Positions 32,399 to 42,247 of a DNA stretch of 64,000 nucleotides are shown piece by piece. Under the pieces are notes generated by a model. That model had not been told where the DNA came from. It searched no databases and was given only the letters and a program-made list of their open reading frames with translations. Both the position numbers and the translations under genes were made by a program. The stretch is from Myxococcota bacterium (GTDB lineage Bacteria; Myxococcota_A; UBA9042; PHBI01; JAWLBL01), in assembly GCA_041687695.1 (NCBI GenBank), contig JAWLBL010000009.1:202906-266905 (forward strand), read 5' to 3'. Within the stretch, counting starts at the first letter, position 1. Every line of letters starts with the position of its first letter.

Positions 32399-32944
32399 TC
32401 AGGCCTGGGCCGGGCTCCAGCGGATGGGCTCGCCCTCGAGGGTGCGGCCGGCGACCTCGAGGAACAGCCGCCCCTCGGTCACGGTCAGCGTCCAGCGGTT
32501 GCGCCCTTCCAGCAGCGGCTCGAGCGCGTCGACGAGCGGCGCGGGAAGGGCGACCACCTCGATGCGATCGGGGTGGTGCAGCCGGGCGCTGCCCAGGGCG
32601 CGCTGCACCTGGTCGAGCGGCTTGGCCGTGAAGACCAGCACGCGTGGGGCCTGGCGGGTGGCGCGGTCGAGCCGCTCGTGCGAGGGGGCGCCGAGCTCGA
32701 TCCAGACGTTCGCCCGGCCCGTGTCGTCGTGGGCCCAGAACGCCGGCTCGTCACCGACGCACAGGGCGCTGCCCGCCGTCAGGCCGGGCTCCCAGGCGAG
32801 GGCGTAGGCCAGTGCGCGGGTCAGAAGCCACGCCTCGGTCTCGCTCGGGTGACGGACCAGGCGCACGTCCAGGTCCTCGTACAGGCCCCGGTCGGTGTCG
32901 GCCAGGGCGATCAGGAAGCGGTAGTGGGTCTCGCCCCGGCTCAC
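32399..32944 (-). CDS. yaeQ: YaeQ family protein
   Basis: ADTDRGLY, RHPSET, DEPAFW, WIELGAP; GTG start overlaps kinase stop. Confidence 0.85.
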   Translation of the reverse strand: MSRGETHYRFLIALADTDRGLYEDLDVRLVRHPSETEAWLLTRALAYALAWEPGLTAGSALCVGDEPAFWAHDDTGRANVWIELGAPSHERLDRATRQAPRVLVFTAKPLDQVQRALGSARLHHPDRIEVVALPAPLVDALEPLLEGRNRWTLTVTEGRLFLEVAGRTLEGEPIRWSPAQA

Positions 32945-35760
32945 GTCTCGTCCTTGGAGGGAGCGCCGAGCGGCCCCTCCGAGGGGCCGCCGAGCGGCAG
33001 CAGGACCCGGAAGCATGCGCCCTCGCCGACCTGGCTGTCGACCTCAATCCGCCCGCCGTGGGCCTCGATGGCCTGCCGCGTGATCCACAGCCCCAGCCCC
33101 AGGCCGCCGAAGTGGCGGGTCGACACGGCCCGTTCGAACCGCTCGAAGATGCGGGCCTGATCCTCGGGCGCGATGCCGATGCCGTGGTCGCGCACCTCGA
33201 GCCGCGCGACTTCGGCGTCCGCGTCGACGGCGACGGTCACCTCGATGGGGCACCCCTTGCCGTACTTGATGGCGTTGGAGAGCAGGTTCACCACCGCCTG
33301 CTCGACCCTGGAGCGATCCCACCGGCCGACGACGGGCGCCTCGGCGTCCGATCGCAGCTCGCAGCTCGCGTGGTCGAGGTCGTCCGCCAGGCGCTGGACG
33401 TTGTCGTTCACGATGGCAGAGAGGTCGACGTCCTCGAGCACCAGCTCGAGCTTGCCAGCCCGGAGGCGCGAGACGTCGAGCAGCTCGCCGACCAGGCCGC
33501 TGAGGCGGTCGACGTTGCGGCCGATGCGCTCGACCTTGCGGACGACGGCGGGCTCGAGCCCGTGCTTGGCGGCCAGGTTCGACAGGACCCCGACCTGGAG
33601 CCGGATGACGGTCAGCGGCGTCTTGAGCTCGTGCCCGGCGATCGACAGGAACTCGTCGCGGATCGACACGGCGCGCTGCGTCCCGTCGAGCAGGCGGGCG
33701 TTGTCGAGCGCGAGGGCCGCCCGCTCGGCGAGATCTTCGAGCAAGGCGGCGTCCTCGCTGGAGTAGGGCGCGCTGTCGCCGACCCGGGCGCAGCTGATCG
33801 TCCCGAGGACGGGGCCCTTCACCGCGAGCGGCGCGATCACCGCCGAGTGCAGCCGCATCGCCGAGAGCCGCTCGCACAGCTCTGGCGGCAGCCCATCGGC
33901 GAGCGCCGTGGGAGTGATCCGCGGCACGAGCAGCGGCCGGCGCTCTTGGATGACCCGAAGCTGGGCCGGTCCTTGGAGCTGCCGCGGCAGCGCGAGGCTC
34001 AAGGCGCGCGCCTCCTCGAGCCGGTCGGGATCCCGGTGGTGCACGGCCACCGGATGGAGCTCGTCGTCAGGCTCCGCCAGCAGGCGCACGACGCAGGCGT
34101 CGCCCAGCGTGTCGGTGACGACCCTGGCGATCTCGGCGAGCAGCGCTCGGATGTCCGCGCTCGCTTCGGCGAAGACCTTCGCGCCCGTCGCCAGCGTCTC
34201 GACCCTGCGGCGCGCGCGCTCGGCCTCGAGGCGCGCCAGGTGCTCGATCTCGTACAGCCGCGCCCGCTCGAGCGCCTGGGCGCAGAAGCTGGCCACGGTC
34301 AGCAGGATCGCACGCTGCGCCTCGTCGAAGCGTTGCGGCTCGTGGAACCCGAAGCTGATCGCGCCGATGGGGCTGCCGTGGGCCCACAGGGGCAGCACGG
34401 CCAGGCTGGAGTAGCCCGCGTTGGCCATGGGCGCGATCAGGGCCGGGAAGGCCCGCTCGACCTCAGCTGGGCTGCACAGCCAGGAGGTGACCCCCTCGGC
34501 GTAGGCTCGGACCGTCGGGAAGGGGCTGCCCGCATCGAGCCGCAGGAAGGGGGTGATGTCTTCGAGCGCGTAGCCGCGCGACCCGCGGACCTCGAGGACG
34601 GCGTCAGCCTCGGACGGGAGCGAGACGACGCCGGCGTCCGCGCCCGTGGCCGGCACGCCGTGCTCGAGGACGGCGTCGATGACCGCCTGCGGCGACACCG
34701 CCCGGCTGATGGCCGCCGTCACCGCCATCAGCCGCTGCGCGCGCTCGGCGGCTCGCTCGGCCTGCTCGCGAGCCGCCTGCTCGGCCTGCTGCGCCCGCCG
34801 CTCGTCCGTGATGTCCCTGAAGAAGCTGACGACGAACCGCAGGTCGGAGGAGCGAGCGGAGGCATCGGTGAAGACCGGGACGGCCCGCACCGACGACAGG
34901 CGCGGCTCGCCTCCGGCCGACCGCCACGAGAGCGTGGCGGCGATCTCGCGTCCCTCGCGACGCGCGCGGGCCCCCGGCAGCTCCTCGAGCCCCAGCAAAC
35001 GCCCGTGCTCGTCACGGATTTCGAATCGCGGACCGATGTCGAAGAAGTTGGTCCGCAGCAGCTCGGCGACGGAGTCGTAGCCACAAAGGCGGGCGGCCAC
35101 GGCGTTGGCGTAGAGCAGCCGGCCGGAGGGATCGCTCGCGATGACGCCGTCCTGCAGGCCGCTGAAGATGGTCTCGAGCTCCTCCTGGGCGCGCAGCATG
35201 GTCAGCGCCGTCCGCTTGCTCTCGACGGCGAAGGCCACGTGGTTGGCGACGATGCGCGCCAGCTCGACCTCGTCGGACGAGAAGGCGTGCGGCTCGGCGT
35301 GGTAGATCATGAACTTGCCGAGCAGTCGGTCACCGTAGCGCAACGGCACGAGGGCCAAGGCTCGAATCCCCTCGCGCTGGAAGACGGGCAGCAGCTCGGT
35401 CAGCTGGGGGTCGACCGTGACGTCGGGCACCAGGATGGGCGACGCGTCGGTGGTCGTGGGAGACCACGGCGAGTGCCCATCGACCGCGGCGCGGTAGGCG
35501 TCGGACAGCCCGCGCCAGGCCTTGAACCGCATCACCCCGCCCGGATCGAAGAGCAGGATCGAGGCGCGCGGCGCCGCGAGGGCGCTGGCGAGACACTCGA
35601 GCGCCTCGTCGAAGATGGACGCGAGCGCGTCGGACCGGCTCACGCGGTCGGTCAGCCGGTGCAGCGCCGGCAACCAGGTGGGCGGGTGCTGCGCCGACGT
35701 CCCCGGCGATGGCGAGGGGCCGCAGGAGTCGAGGGACGGAAGGGGGACGGCGATGGGCAT
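32941..35760 (-). CDS. Cytoplasmic GAF-PAS-GAF-GAF sensor histidine kinase
   Basis: H-box FLSIAGHELKTPL, N-box NLLSNAIKY, DHGIGI, FERFER, GLGLGL; GAF and PAS-like N-terminal segments; start uncertain (35760 or 35799). Confidence 0.9.
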   Translation of the reverse strand: MPIAVPLPSLDSCGPSPSPGTSAQHPPTWLPALHRLTDRVSRSDALASIFDEALECLASALAAPRASILLFDPGGVMRFKAWRGLSDAYRAAVDGHSPWSPTTTDASPILVPDVTVDPQLTELLPVFQREGIRALALVPLRYGDRLLGKFMIYHAEPHAFSSDEVELARIVANHVAFAVESKRTALTMLRAQEELETIFSGLQDGVIASDPSGRLLYANAVAARLCGYDSVAELLRTNFFDIGPRFEIRDEHGRLLGLEELPGARARREGREIAATLSWRSAGGEPRLSSVRAVPVFTDASARSSDLRFVVSFFRDITDERRAQQAEQAAREQAERAAERAQRLMAVTAAISRAVSPQAVIDAVLEHGVPATGADAGVVSLPSEADAVLEVRGSRGYALEDITPFLRLDAGSPFPTVRAYAEGVTSWLCSPAEVERAFPALIAPMANAGYSSLAVLPLWAHGSPIGAISFGFHEPQRFDEAQRAILLTVASFCAQALERARLYEIEHLARLEAERARRRVETLATGAKVFAEASADIRALLAEIARVVTDTLGDACVVRLLAEPDDELHPVAVHHRDPDRLEEARALSLALPRQLQGPAQLRVIQERRPLLVPRITPTALADGLPPELCERLSAMRLHSAVIAPLAVKGPVLGTISCARVGDSAPYSSEDAALLEDLAERAALALDNARLLDGTQRAVSIRDEFLSIAGHELKTPLTVIRLQVGVLSNLAAKHGLEPAVVRKVERIGRNVDRLSGLVGELLDVSRLRAGKLELVLEDVDLSAIVNDNVQRLADDLDHASCELRSDAEAPVVGRWDRSRVEQAVVNLLSNAIKYGKGCPIEVTVAVDADAEVARLEVRDHGIGIAPEDQARIFERFERAVSTRHFGGLGLGLWITRQAIEAHGGRIEVDSQVGEGACFRVLLPLGGPSEGPLGAPSKDET

Positions 35761-35909
35761 GGCACATGGCACGTAGCATCGGGTCCCCGAGACCGGCAAT
35801 CCTCCAGTCGACGTGCTCGGGGCGCGGTCGGTTGGAAGGGGCCCCCAAGCCTGTTACAAGGGGCCGTTCGCCCGGGGGGGCGACACCAAACAGGGAGGAG
35901 GAACCCACC

Positions 35910-37313
35910 ATGCGCCTAGTGACCCGTCTGGTGCCCGCGTTCTGCGCCGGGCTGATGATGATTGGCTGCTCGAAGAGCGAGCCCGCCCCGACCACCCAGC
36001 CCGCCGCGCCGGCCGAGCAGCCGGCCGAGAACAAGGCATCGGCGAAGGACGAGGCGGCCAACGCGAAGGCCGGCGAGGCCGGTGAGGCAGGAGCCAAGGC
36101 CGGCGAGGCCGGTGAGGCCGGAGCCAAGGCCGGGGTGGCCGCCGAGGCCGTGTCCGAGGCAGGGGACAAGGCTGCGGCCGCCGTCGGCGAGGCCGAGAAG
36201 AAGCTCGGCCAGATGGCGGGCGAGCTGGACGGCGCGGTCAAGGCCGCCGAGGCCATGGTCGGGGATGACAGCCCGGCGCTGACGGCCGAGGAGTACGAGA
36301 AGCTGCTGCTGGGGCTGTCGGCCTGCCAGGTCGGCGAGTGGGGCATCGAGCGCGAGTGCGAGGCCAAGAAGGCCTTCGACGAGGCCCGCAAGCGCAACAC
36401 GCGCCTCAAGGAGCTCGCGGGCATGACCTCGACGCTCGGCCAGAAGCACATCGGCCACGAGGCGCCGGCCGTCCGCCTGCAGTCGGCTCAGATGATGAGC
36501 TCCATCTTCGGCGCCGATTCGAAGAGCCAGGAGGTCCTGCTCGCGGCCGCCGGCAAGGAGCAGGATCCGATGGTCCTCAAGAGCATGATCGGCGCCGTCG
36601 GCTCGACCGTGTCGCGGAACCCCGAGGTCAAGGACCTCCTCATGAAGACCGTGGACCACGAGCACGAGAAGGTCCGCATCGAGTCCATCTCGTGGCTCAC
36701 GACCAGCTTCGCGAACGGGACCGAGGGCACGCTCGAGAAGGTGCTCGACAAGATCGAGAAGGATCCGTCGGACAAGGTCCGCCAGTATGCCTGCGAGCGC
36801 GTCGGCGGCCGCGAGGACGAGCGCGCCCTGCCGCTGCTCGACAAGCTGACGAGCGACAAGAACCCGGACGACAAGATGGCCGCCGCCTGCATGCGCGGGC
36901 TCATCAAGATGTGGGCCGGCTTCCCCAAGCCCAAGGAGCCGAGTGAGAAGGCCTACCAGCTGACGCTCAAGCGGCTGTCGGCCAAGCCCCGCTCGAAGGA
37001 GCGGCCCTCGTGGACCATCATGAGCGACTTCCGCTCGATCGTCACCGAGTCCCCCAACTCCTTCCACACCGAGTGGGAGGGCAAGGCCAAGTGGGTCGAC
37101 AAGAAGGCGCTGCTCAAGGTGCTGGCCGACGTCGTCGCCGACCGGCAGGCCAACTGGATGGCGCGCACGGGCGCGGTCGACACCATGGTGAAGCTCGGCG
37201 CCGACAAGGCTGCGCTCGAGAAGCTGGCGAGCGGCTACAAGGACATCGAGGGCAAGTTCGGCGAGGACTCGCACGTCCTCAAGAAGCTGAACGACGCCGT
37301 CGCCAAGATGTAG
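35910..37313 (+). CDS. HEAT-repeat lipoprotein
   Basis: Lipobox MIGC, GGAGGAGG RBS; repeats HEAPAVR, HEHEKVR, DPSDKVR; Ala/Glu-rich linker. Confidence 0.8.
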   Translation: MRLVTRLVPAFCAGLMMIGCSKSEPAPTTQPAAPAEQPAENKASAKDEAANAKAGEAGEAGAKAGEAGEAGAKAGVAAEAVSEAGDKAAAAVGEAEKKLGQMAGELDGAVKAAEAMVGDDSPALTAEEYEKLLLGLSACQVGEWGIERECEAKKAFDEARKRNTRLKELAGMTSTLGQKHIGHEAPAVRLQSAQMMSSIFGADSKSQEVLLAAAGKEQDPMVLKSMIGAVGSTVSRNPEVKDLLMKTVDHEHEKVRIESISWLTTSFANGTEGTLEKVLDKIEKDPSDKVRQYACERVGGREDERALPLLDKLTSDKNPDDKMAAACMRGLIKMWAGFPKPKEPSEKAYQLTLKRLSAKPRSKERPSWTIMSDFRSIVTESPNSFHTEWEGKAKWVDKKALLKVLADVVADRQANWMARTGAVDTMVKLGADKAALEKLASGYKDIEGKFGEDSHVLKKLNDAVAKM

Positions 37314-37335
37314 TCGGTCGGTTGGACCCGCGCAC

Positions 37336-37379
37336 AGGGCGGTCGGTGCCTCCGCGAGGGGCGCACCGACCGCCCTTTT
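37336..37379 (+). terminator. Rho-independent terminator
   Basis: AGGGCGGTCGGTGC ... GCACCGACCGCCCT stem followed by TTTT. Confidence 0.85.
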
Positions 37380-37477
37380 GCGTGTCTGGGTCCAAGCCGA
37401 CGCTGGAGCCAGCGCGGTGGCTGGCACCGCGAGAGGACGTCCCAGCGGTCTCCCGGCGCAGGCGACTCAGCGAGCCT

Positions 37478-37832
37478 GCGCGCCAGGCAACCGGTGGCCG
37501 CGGCGCGCCAAGAAACCGGTGGCCGCGGCGCATCAAGCAAGCGGTGGCCGCGGCGCGCCAAGAAACCGGTGGCCGCGGCGCGCCAAGAAACCGGTGGCCG
37601 CGGCGCGCCAGGCAACCGGTGGCCGCGGCGCGCCAGGCAACCGGTGGCCGCGGCGCGCCAAGAAACCGGTGGCCGCGGCGCGTCAAGAAACCGGTGGCCG
37701 CGGCGCATCAAGCAAGCGGTGGCCGCGGCGCGCCAAGAAACCGGTGGCCGCGGCGCGCCAAGAAACCGGTGGCCGCGGCGCGTCAAGAAACCGGTGGCCG
37801 CGGCGCGCCAAGCAAGCGGTGGCCGCGGCGCG
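37478..37832. repeat. Intergenic minisatellite, 14 copies of a 25-bp unit
   Basis: Consensus GCGCGCCAAGAAACCGGTGGCCGCG; (C/G)CGGTGGCCG recurs every 25 bp from 37491 to 37816. Confidence 0.95.
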
Positions 37833-37838
37833 CGTGCG

Positions 37839-38465
37839 TCAGGGGAAGAGGCGCTCGATGTTCCACGCGCCGGACTGAGCGCGTGGCGTGTACCGCCACC
37901 GGTCGTGCAGCCGGTGGTCGCCGGCGACCCAGAGCTCGACCTCGGACGGCGCGACGCGGTAGCCGGACCAGTGCCCCGGGCGGGGAACGTCGCGACCGGC
38001 GAAGCGCTCGTCGAAGGTGCGAAAGCGCTCGAGCAGGACCTCGCGGCTGTCGCAGGGCTCGCTCTGGAGCGAGGCCCAGGCGCCGAGTTGGCTCTCGCGT
38101 GGGCGGGTGGCGAAGTAGGCATCGGCTTCGGCGTCGCTGACGCGCGTGACGGGGCCGCGAACGCGGACCTGGCGCAGCAGGACGTCCCAGTGAAAGCACA
38201 AGGAGGCGTACGGATGCGCGGACAGGGCCTGCGCCTTGGCGCTGTCGGTGTTGGTGAAGAAGTCGAGGCCCGCGCGGGTGATCTGCTTGACCAGGATGAC
38301 GCGCGCCGAGGGACGTCCGTCCGCGTCGATGGTGGCGAGGGTGGCCGCGTTGGGGTTCGACAGGCCGGCGGCGCGGGCGTCGGCGATCCAGGCCTCGAGC
38401 GTCGCGAGGGGATCGGGCGGCGCGTCGTTGGAGGAGGCGGAGGCGGAGGCGGCGGAGTCGATCAT
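37839..38465 (-). CDS. pdxH: Pyridoxine/pyridoxamine 5'-phosphate oxidase
   Basis: LATIDADGRPSARVILVK, FFTN..SAK, RQVRVRG, YFATRPRESQLGAWAS.QS, ELW...HRLHDR. Confidence 0.93.
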   Translation of the reverse strand: MIDSAASASASSNDAPPDPLATLEAWIADARAAGLSNPNAATLATIDADGRPSARVILVKQITRAGLDFFTNTDSAKAQALSAHPYASLCFHWDVLLRQVRVRGPVTRVSDAEADAYFATRPRESQLGAWASLQSEPCDSREVLLERFRTFDERFAGRDVPRPGHWSGYRVAPSEVELWVAGDHRLHDRWRYTPRAQSGAWNIERLFP

Positions 38466-38494
38466 GGGGCGCTCCGGAGGGGAGGGGCGCGGGT

Positions 38495-39550
38495 TCACCA
38501 GCCCGCGCGGATGGGCGCGACCACGCGGGCTTTGGGGGCCGCATGGACCTTCGGCAGGTGGGCCGCGTAGCTCGACACGGCCACCGTCCCCTCACGGCCA
38601 GCGTGTTCGCCGACGATGAAGGTGATGGCCTTGTCCAGCCCGGCGGCCGCGTAGGCCTGTATGTCGGTCGTAGCGTTGCCGTAGGCGGCGCGAATGTCGA
38701 GCCCGGCCTCGCGCAGGCGGTCGAGTCGCGCCCGCTTGAAGGAGACCACACCGGCGGAGGTCGGCAGGACGTCCCGGTTGCGATCGGTCGTGATCACGGC
38801 CCCGGGCGGGAAGCCCTTGCGGGCCAGCCACTCGAGCGTCAGCGGGCGCAGCAGGTCGGGACGCCCCGTCAGGTAGACGATCTGGTGGCCCTTTCGCGCC
38901 CAGGCCCACAGCACCTCGGGCGCGCCGGGCCACATCGCGGGGACGTGACGGCCGGCGCGCAGCTCCGCCCACAGCTGCTCGAACAGCTCGGCGTCGCGGG
39001 TGGTCAGGGTCCCGTCGATGTCGGCGACGATGGCGGCGGTCCCGGGCGCCACGACCGTGAGCGTCAGCGCGGCGTAGCTGAGGTCGCCGCGGACCAGCAT
39101 GCGGATCGGGTAGTGGCCCACGGGCAGGGCGCGATCGGGCGGGACGACGAAGTACACCCGCCCGCCGTCGTCCGGGACGTCGAAGCGGTCGCCGTGCTCG
39201 CCGTCTCGGGAGGTCACCGCGATGCCGAGCGACTCCCACGGGCCGCAGGGACCGTGGCGCTGGACGAAGACCTCTACGTCCTCGCCCTGGAGGTCCTTGT
39301 CGGCGGGACCGTACGCGAACTTGCCGATGAGCACCTGGGGCGCTCCGGCGCGGGTGATGACGTCCTGGCCGCGGTGGACGGGCGGCCCCTGGGTCACGGT
39401 GAGCAGGCGCGTGGACGTGCGACGCCACCCGGCGGCGGGCGCCGGCGCGGTGAAGGCGACCGGAGACACGCAGGCGCTGCGCAAGTCGGCGAGCGCGGGG
39501 GCTGGGATGACCAGCGTCAGCAGCCCCACGGTGACGAGGAGGGCACGCAT
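38495..39550 (-). CDS. Secreted LNS2/PITP-type HAD phosphatase
   Basis: Signal peptide; ADIDGTLT, YLTGRP, FK, AAYGNATTDIQAY motifs. Confidence 0.8.
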   Translation of the reverse strand: MRALLVTVGLLTLVIPAPALADLRSACVSPVAFTAPAPAAGWRRTSTRLLTVTQGPPVHRGQDVITRAGAPQVLIGKFAYGPADKDLQGEDVEVFVQRHGPCGPWESLGIAVTSRDGEHGDRFDVPDDGGRVYFVVPPDRALPVGHYPIRMLVRGDLSYAALTLTVVAPGTAAIVADIDGTLTTRDAELFEQLWAELRAGRHVPAMWPGAPEVLWAWARKGHQIVYLTGRPDLLRPLTLEWLARKGFPPGAVITTDRNRDVLPTSAGVVSFKRARLDRLREAGLDIRAAYGNATTDIQAYAAAGLDKAITFIVGEHAGREGTVAVSSYAAHLPKVHAAPKARVVAPIRAGW

Positions 39551-39667
39551 GGTGGCGGACTGTCCCACGGCGCGACCGCGCCAGCAACGGGGTGCTTGCT
39601 TCCGCGCTCTCCCGGGGTCTACCTTCGCGCCCGCCATGACTGGGGACCGGCGAGGGAGCGCGAGCGG

Positions 39668-40099
39668 ATGGGGTATGTGCTGATGGCCTTCGCCGCGGGG
39701 GCGGCCGTCGCCCTCCAGGGCGTCATCAACAGCCAGCTGCGGCCGATGTGGGGCCTGGTGCCGGCCGTCGTCCTGAACATGGTCGTCTCGAGCGTTCCCA
39801 TTCTCCTGTACTGGGTCGTCCAGGGCGCGCCGACGCCCAGCCGCGCCCAGCTCGCCGAGACGCCGCCCATCTTGTGGATCGGCGGCCTGTGCGGCCTGTT
39901 CATCGTCATCTCGGGCGCGCTGGTCTTCACCCGCCTGGGCGCGACGACCGCCCTCGGCCTCATCCTCGCCGGCCAGTTCGTGGTCGCGGCCCTGGTCGAC
40001 CACTACGGATGGCTGGGCATGCCCCAGCAATCCTTCAATGTCAGCCGCGCGGCCGGCCTGCTGCTGCTCGGACTGGCCGTGTGGCTCTTCCGGCGCTGA
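39668..40099 (+). CDS. DMT family transporter (YdcZ/DUF606-like)
   Basis: ALQGVINSQL, WIGGLCG, RLGA, AGQ...VDHYGWLG. Confidence 0.85.
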   Translation: MGYVLMAFAAGAAVALQGVINSQLRPMWGLVPAVVLNMVVSSVPILLYWVVQGAPTPSRAQLAETPPILWIGGLCGLFIVISGALVFTRLGATTALGLILAGQFVVAALVDHYGWLGMPQQSFNVSRAAGLLLLGLAVWLFRR

Positions 40100-40123
40100 C
40101 CCTCCTTGGGGTACCTTCTTCCC

Positions 40124-40519
40124 ATGAAGATCACGCTGCGCGGGCCCGAAGACCTGACCATCAACGACCTGGACGCCCCCGGGTTCGAGGTCGTCAGCGA
40201 CAACGACAAGGCCGTCTACAGCGCCATCCAGATGTTCGCGGTGTCGCTCGGCCTGTGCACCTACTCGGTGGTCCTGCAGTACGGCGAGGCGCTCGGGGTC
40301 GACGCGACCGGGCTGACGCTCCGCCTGCGCTGGCGCTACGCCGACGAGCCGTTCCGCATCGCCCACCTCGACGTGGACATCGACTGGCCGGCCATGCCCA
40401 GCGACCGACTCCGCGCCGTCCAGCGCGTCGCGGCCCACTGCACCCTCCACAACACCCTGCGCCACCCGCCCGAGGTCGTCACTCGGGTCGCCAACGCCGA
40501 CGGCCGCTACCACTTCTGA
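40124..40519 (+). CDS. OsmC family protein
   Basis: SLGLCT and HCTLHNTL cysteine pair. Confidence 0.8.
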   Translation: MKITLRGPEDLTINDLDAPGFEVVSDNDKAVYSAIQMFAVSLGLCTYSVVLQYGEALGVDATGLTLRLRWRYADEPFRIAHLDVDIDWPAMPSDRLRAVQRVAAHCTLHNTLRHPPEVVTRVANADGRYHF

Positions 40520-40564
40520 GGCGCCCCGCGTCGGCCGTGGCCCGCCCCGACGCGCGCGCGGACC

Positions 40565-42202
40565 GTGTCAACGCCGCCTCGCCGTGATATGTCCGCGGCG
40601 ATGCCGTCCGCCGCCCCGCGCCCGCCGACGACCCCCGACGAGGCCAGACGCGCCCTGGTCGCGCGCATCGAGGCGACCCTGGACGACCTCGCCGAAGCGG
40701 TCGACGCGGCCGCCGAGCTGTCCGCGCTGGGCCCCGAGCGCCACGCCCCACGCCTGTCCCGCCTGGCCTCCGACTCCGAAGCGGCGCCCGCCGCCCGCGC
40801 CGCCGCCGGCATCGCCCTCGGCGCCTCGGCGCCGGCCGATTCGCGCTGGCTGGCGCTGGTCGCGCGCGCGGCCCTCTCCGACGGCGCGCCCGAGCTGGCC
40901 GCCGCGCTGACCGAAGCGCCGACCGACCTCGCGCACGTCGAGGTCGCCCGGGCCGCCCTCGACGTCTCGGCCGCGGCCCTCTACGCGCCACTCGCCTCCC
41001 ACCCCTCCCTCGCCCCCCTCCACGCCTCCCTCGTCGCCCCGCTCGCGGCCGAGCGCAGCCTCGCCGCCCTGGTCGCGCTCGAAGCCCTGCGCGACGAGAC
41101 CCCCTCTCCCGAGGCCGCCGACCTCGCCCGCGCCGCCGCCCGCGCCGCCTGGGCCACCCGCCCCGACGCCGCCCAGGGCACCTGCTGGCTCACCACCTGC
41201 GACGGCGAGGGCCGCTTCGTGATCGCCGCGGTGACGCCCCAGGCCGTCGGCTCCCTGCTCCTCACGGTCAGCGGCGAGCTCGTCGACGGCGCCCTCGCGC
41301 GCACCCCGGCCGCCCCGGACGACGAGCTGGCCCGCCAGCTGGCCGCGGTCCCAGGCGCCGCCCCCACCCCCGCGCCCGCCGCCGTGGTCGCCCACCTCGC
41401 CTTCCCGGCGACCCGGGCCGGACGCCCCGCTCCGGCGCAGCGCGCGGCGCTGTCGCTCCTCGAACGGCTCGCCGCCGCCGGCCCCGGAGCCGCCCCTCCC
41501 GCCCCAACCCGACGCCGCGGACGGCCCTCACTCGCCGACATCGCCGCCCTGCTCGCGCGCTCGCCCACCGCCGGCTGGCCCACCGCGCCCTCGCCGCCGA
41601 TGGCCCCCCTGCTCGCCGCCATGGCCGACCACATGGCCCTGTGGGGCGCGCTCGCCGGCCGCCCCGATGACACCCGCCAGTGGACCACCCTGGCGCACGC
41701 GGCGCGGCGCTCCCCCGACGACCACCCGCTCGCCGCCGCCCTGTCCGCGCGCGCCGCCGCCGCCGAGGCGCCCTTCCCGACCGATCCGGCCCTGCGCCGC
41801 CGCCTCCGCGACCGCTTCTCGCTCGACGTGACCGTGCCCACGGCGCGCGACCTCGCCCGCCTCGACTTCGCCGAGGCCGCCGCCCTCGCCCTCGATCTCC
41901 CCGACGACGCGCTCGCGCTCGCCTGGGCCCTGGGCAAGGCCTACGCCAACCATCACCTGACCACGCCACGCTCGCCCGAGGCCGCCCGCCGCCTCGCGCG
42001 CCACGTCGCCGATCTGCTCGGCCCCGATCGCGCCGAGCGCGCCCCCCACCTCCACGCTGCCCTCGAGCGCTTCGAGGCGGCGGCCTGCGCCGGCTGCACC
42101 ATCGCCTGCGCGCGCCATCCTCGCGCCGAGGTCGGTCAGGCCTTCGGCGCCGACGAACACCCCGCCGGCCGCCCTGCGGCCTCCCCCTCGCCCCCGGGCT
42201 GA
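40565..42202 (+). CDS. Ala-rich hypothetical protein
   Basis: Long ORF with GC3-rich codons filling the gap; CWLTTCDGEG and C-terminal CAGCTIAC; start uncertain. Confidence 0.6.
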   Translation: MSTPPRRDMSAAMPSAAPRPPTTPDEARRALVARIEATLDDLAEAVDAAAELSALGPERHAPRLSRLASDSEAAPAARAAAGIALGASAPADSRWLALVARAALSDGAPELAAALTEAPTDLAHVEVARAALDVSAAALYAPLASHPSLAPLHASLVAPLAAERSLAALVALEALRDETPSPEAADLARAAARAAWATRPDAAQGTCWLTTCDGEGRFVIAAVTPQAVGSLLLTVSGELVDGALARTPAAPDDELARQLAAVPGAAPTPAPAAVVAHLAFPATRAGRPAPAQRAALSLLERLAAAGPGAAPPAPTRRRGRPSLADIAALLARSPTAGWPTAPSPPMAPLLAAMADHMALWGALAGRPDDTRQWTTLAHAARRSPDDHPLAAALSARAAAAEAPFPTDPALRRRLRDRFSLDVTVPTARDLARLDFAEAAALALDLPDDALALAWALGKAYANHHLTTPRSPEAARRLARHVADLLGPDRAERAPHLHAALERFEAAACAGCTIACARHPRAEVGQAFGADEHPAGRPAASPSPPG

Positions 42203-42212
42203 CCGGCGGCTG

Positions 42213-42231
42213 ATTGCAACACGGTTGCAGT
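42213..42231. promoter_or_regulatory. TGCAAC-N3-GTTGCA palindrome, candidate Zur/Fur-family operator
   Basis: ATTGCAAC-acg-GTTGCAGT, AT-rich island 16 bp upstream of a metal permease. Confidence 0.6.
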
Positions 42232-42247
42232 TCGGTGCGCGTCGGCT

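Noticed and set aside
27642..35919. Long antisense ORFs 27916..31497, 27642..29411 and 32644..35919
   Set aside because: Opposite-strand shadows of the DUF4157 and histidine kinase genes, no motifs
37378..38140. CRISPR array, or Lys/Ala-rich histone-like ORFs over the 25-bp repeat
   Set aside because: No spacers; a 25-bp unit cycles through all frames, so the ORFs are a by-product of a stop-free GC-rich repeat
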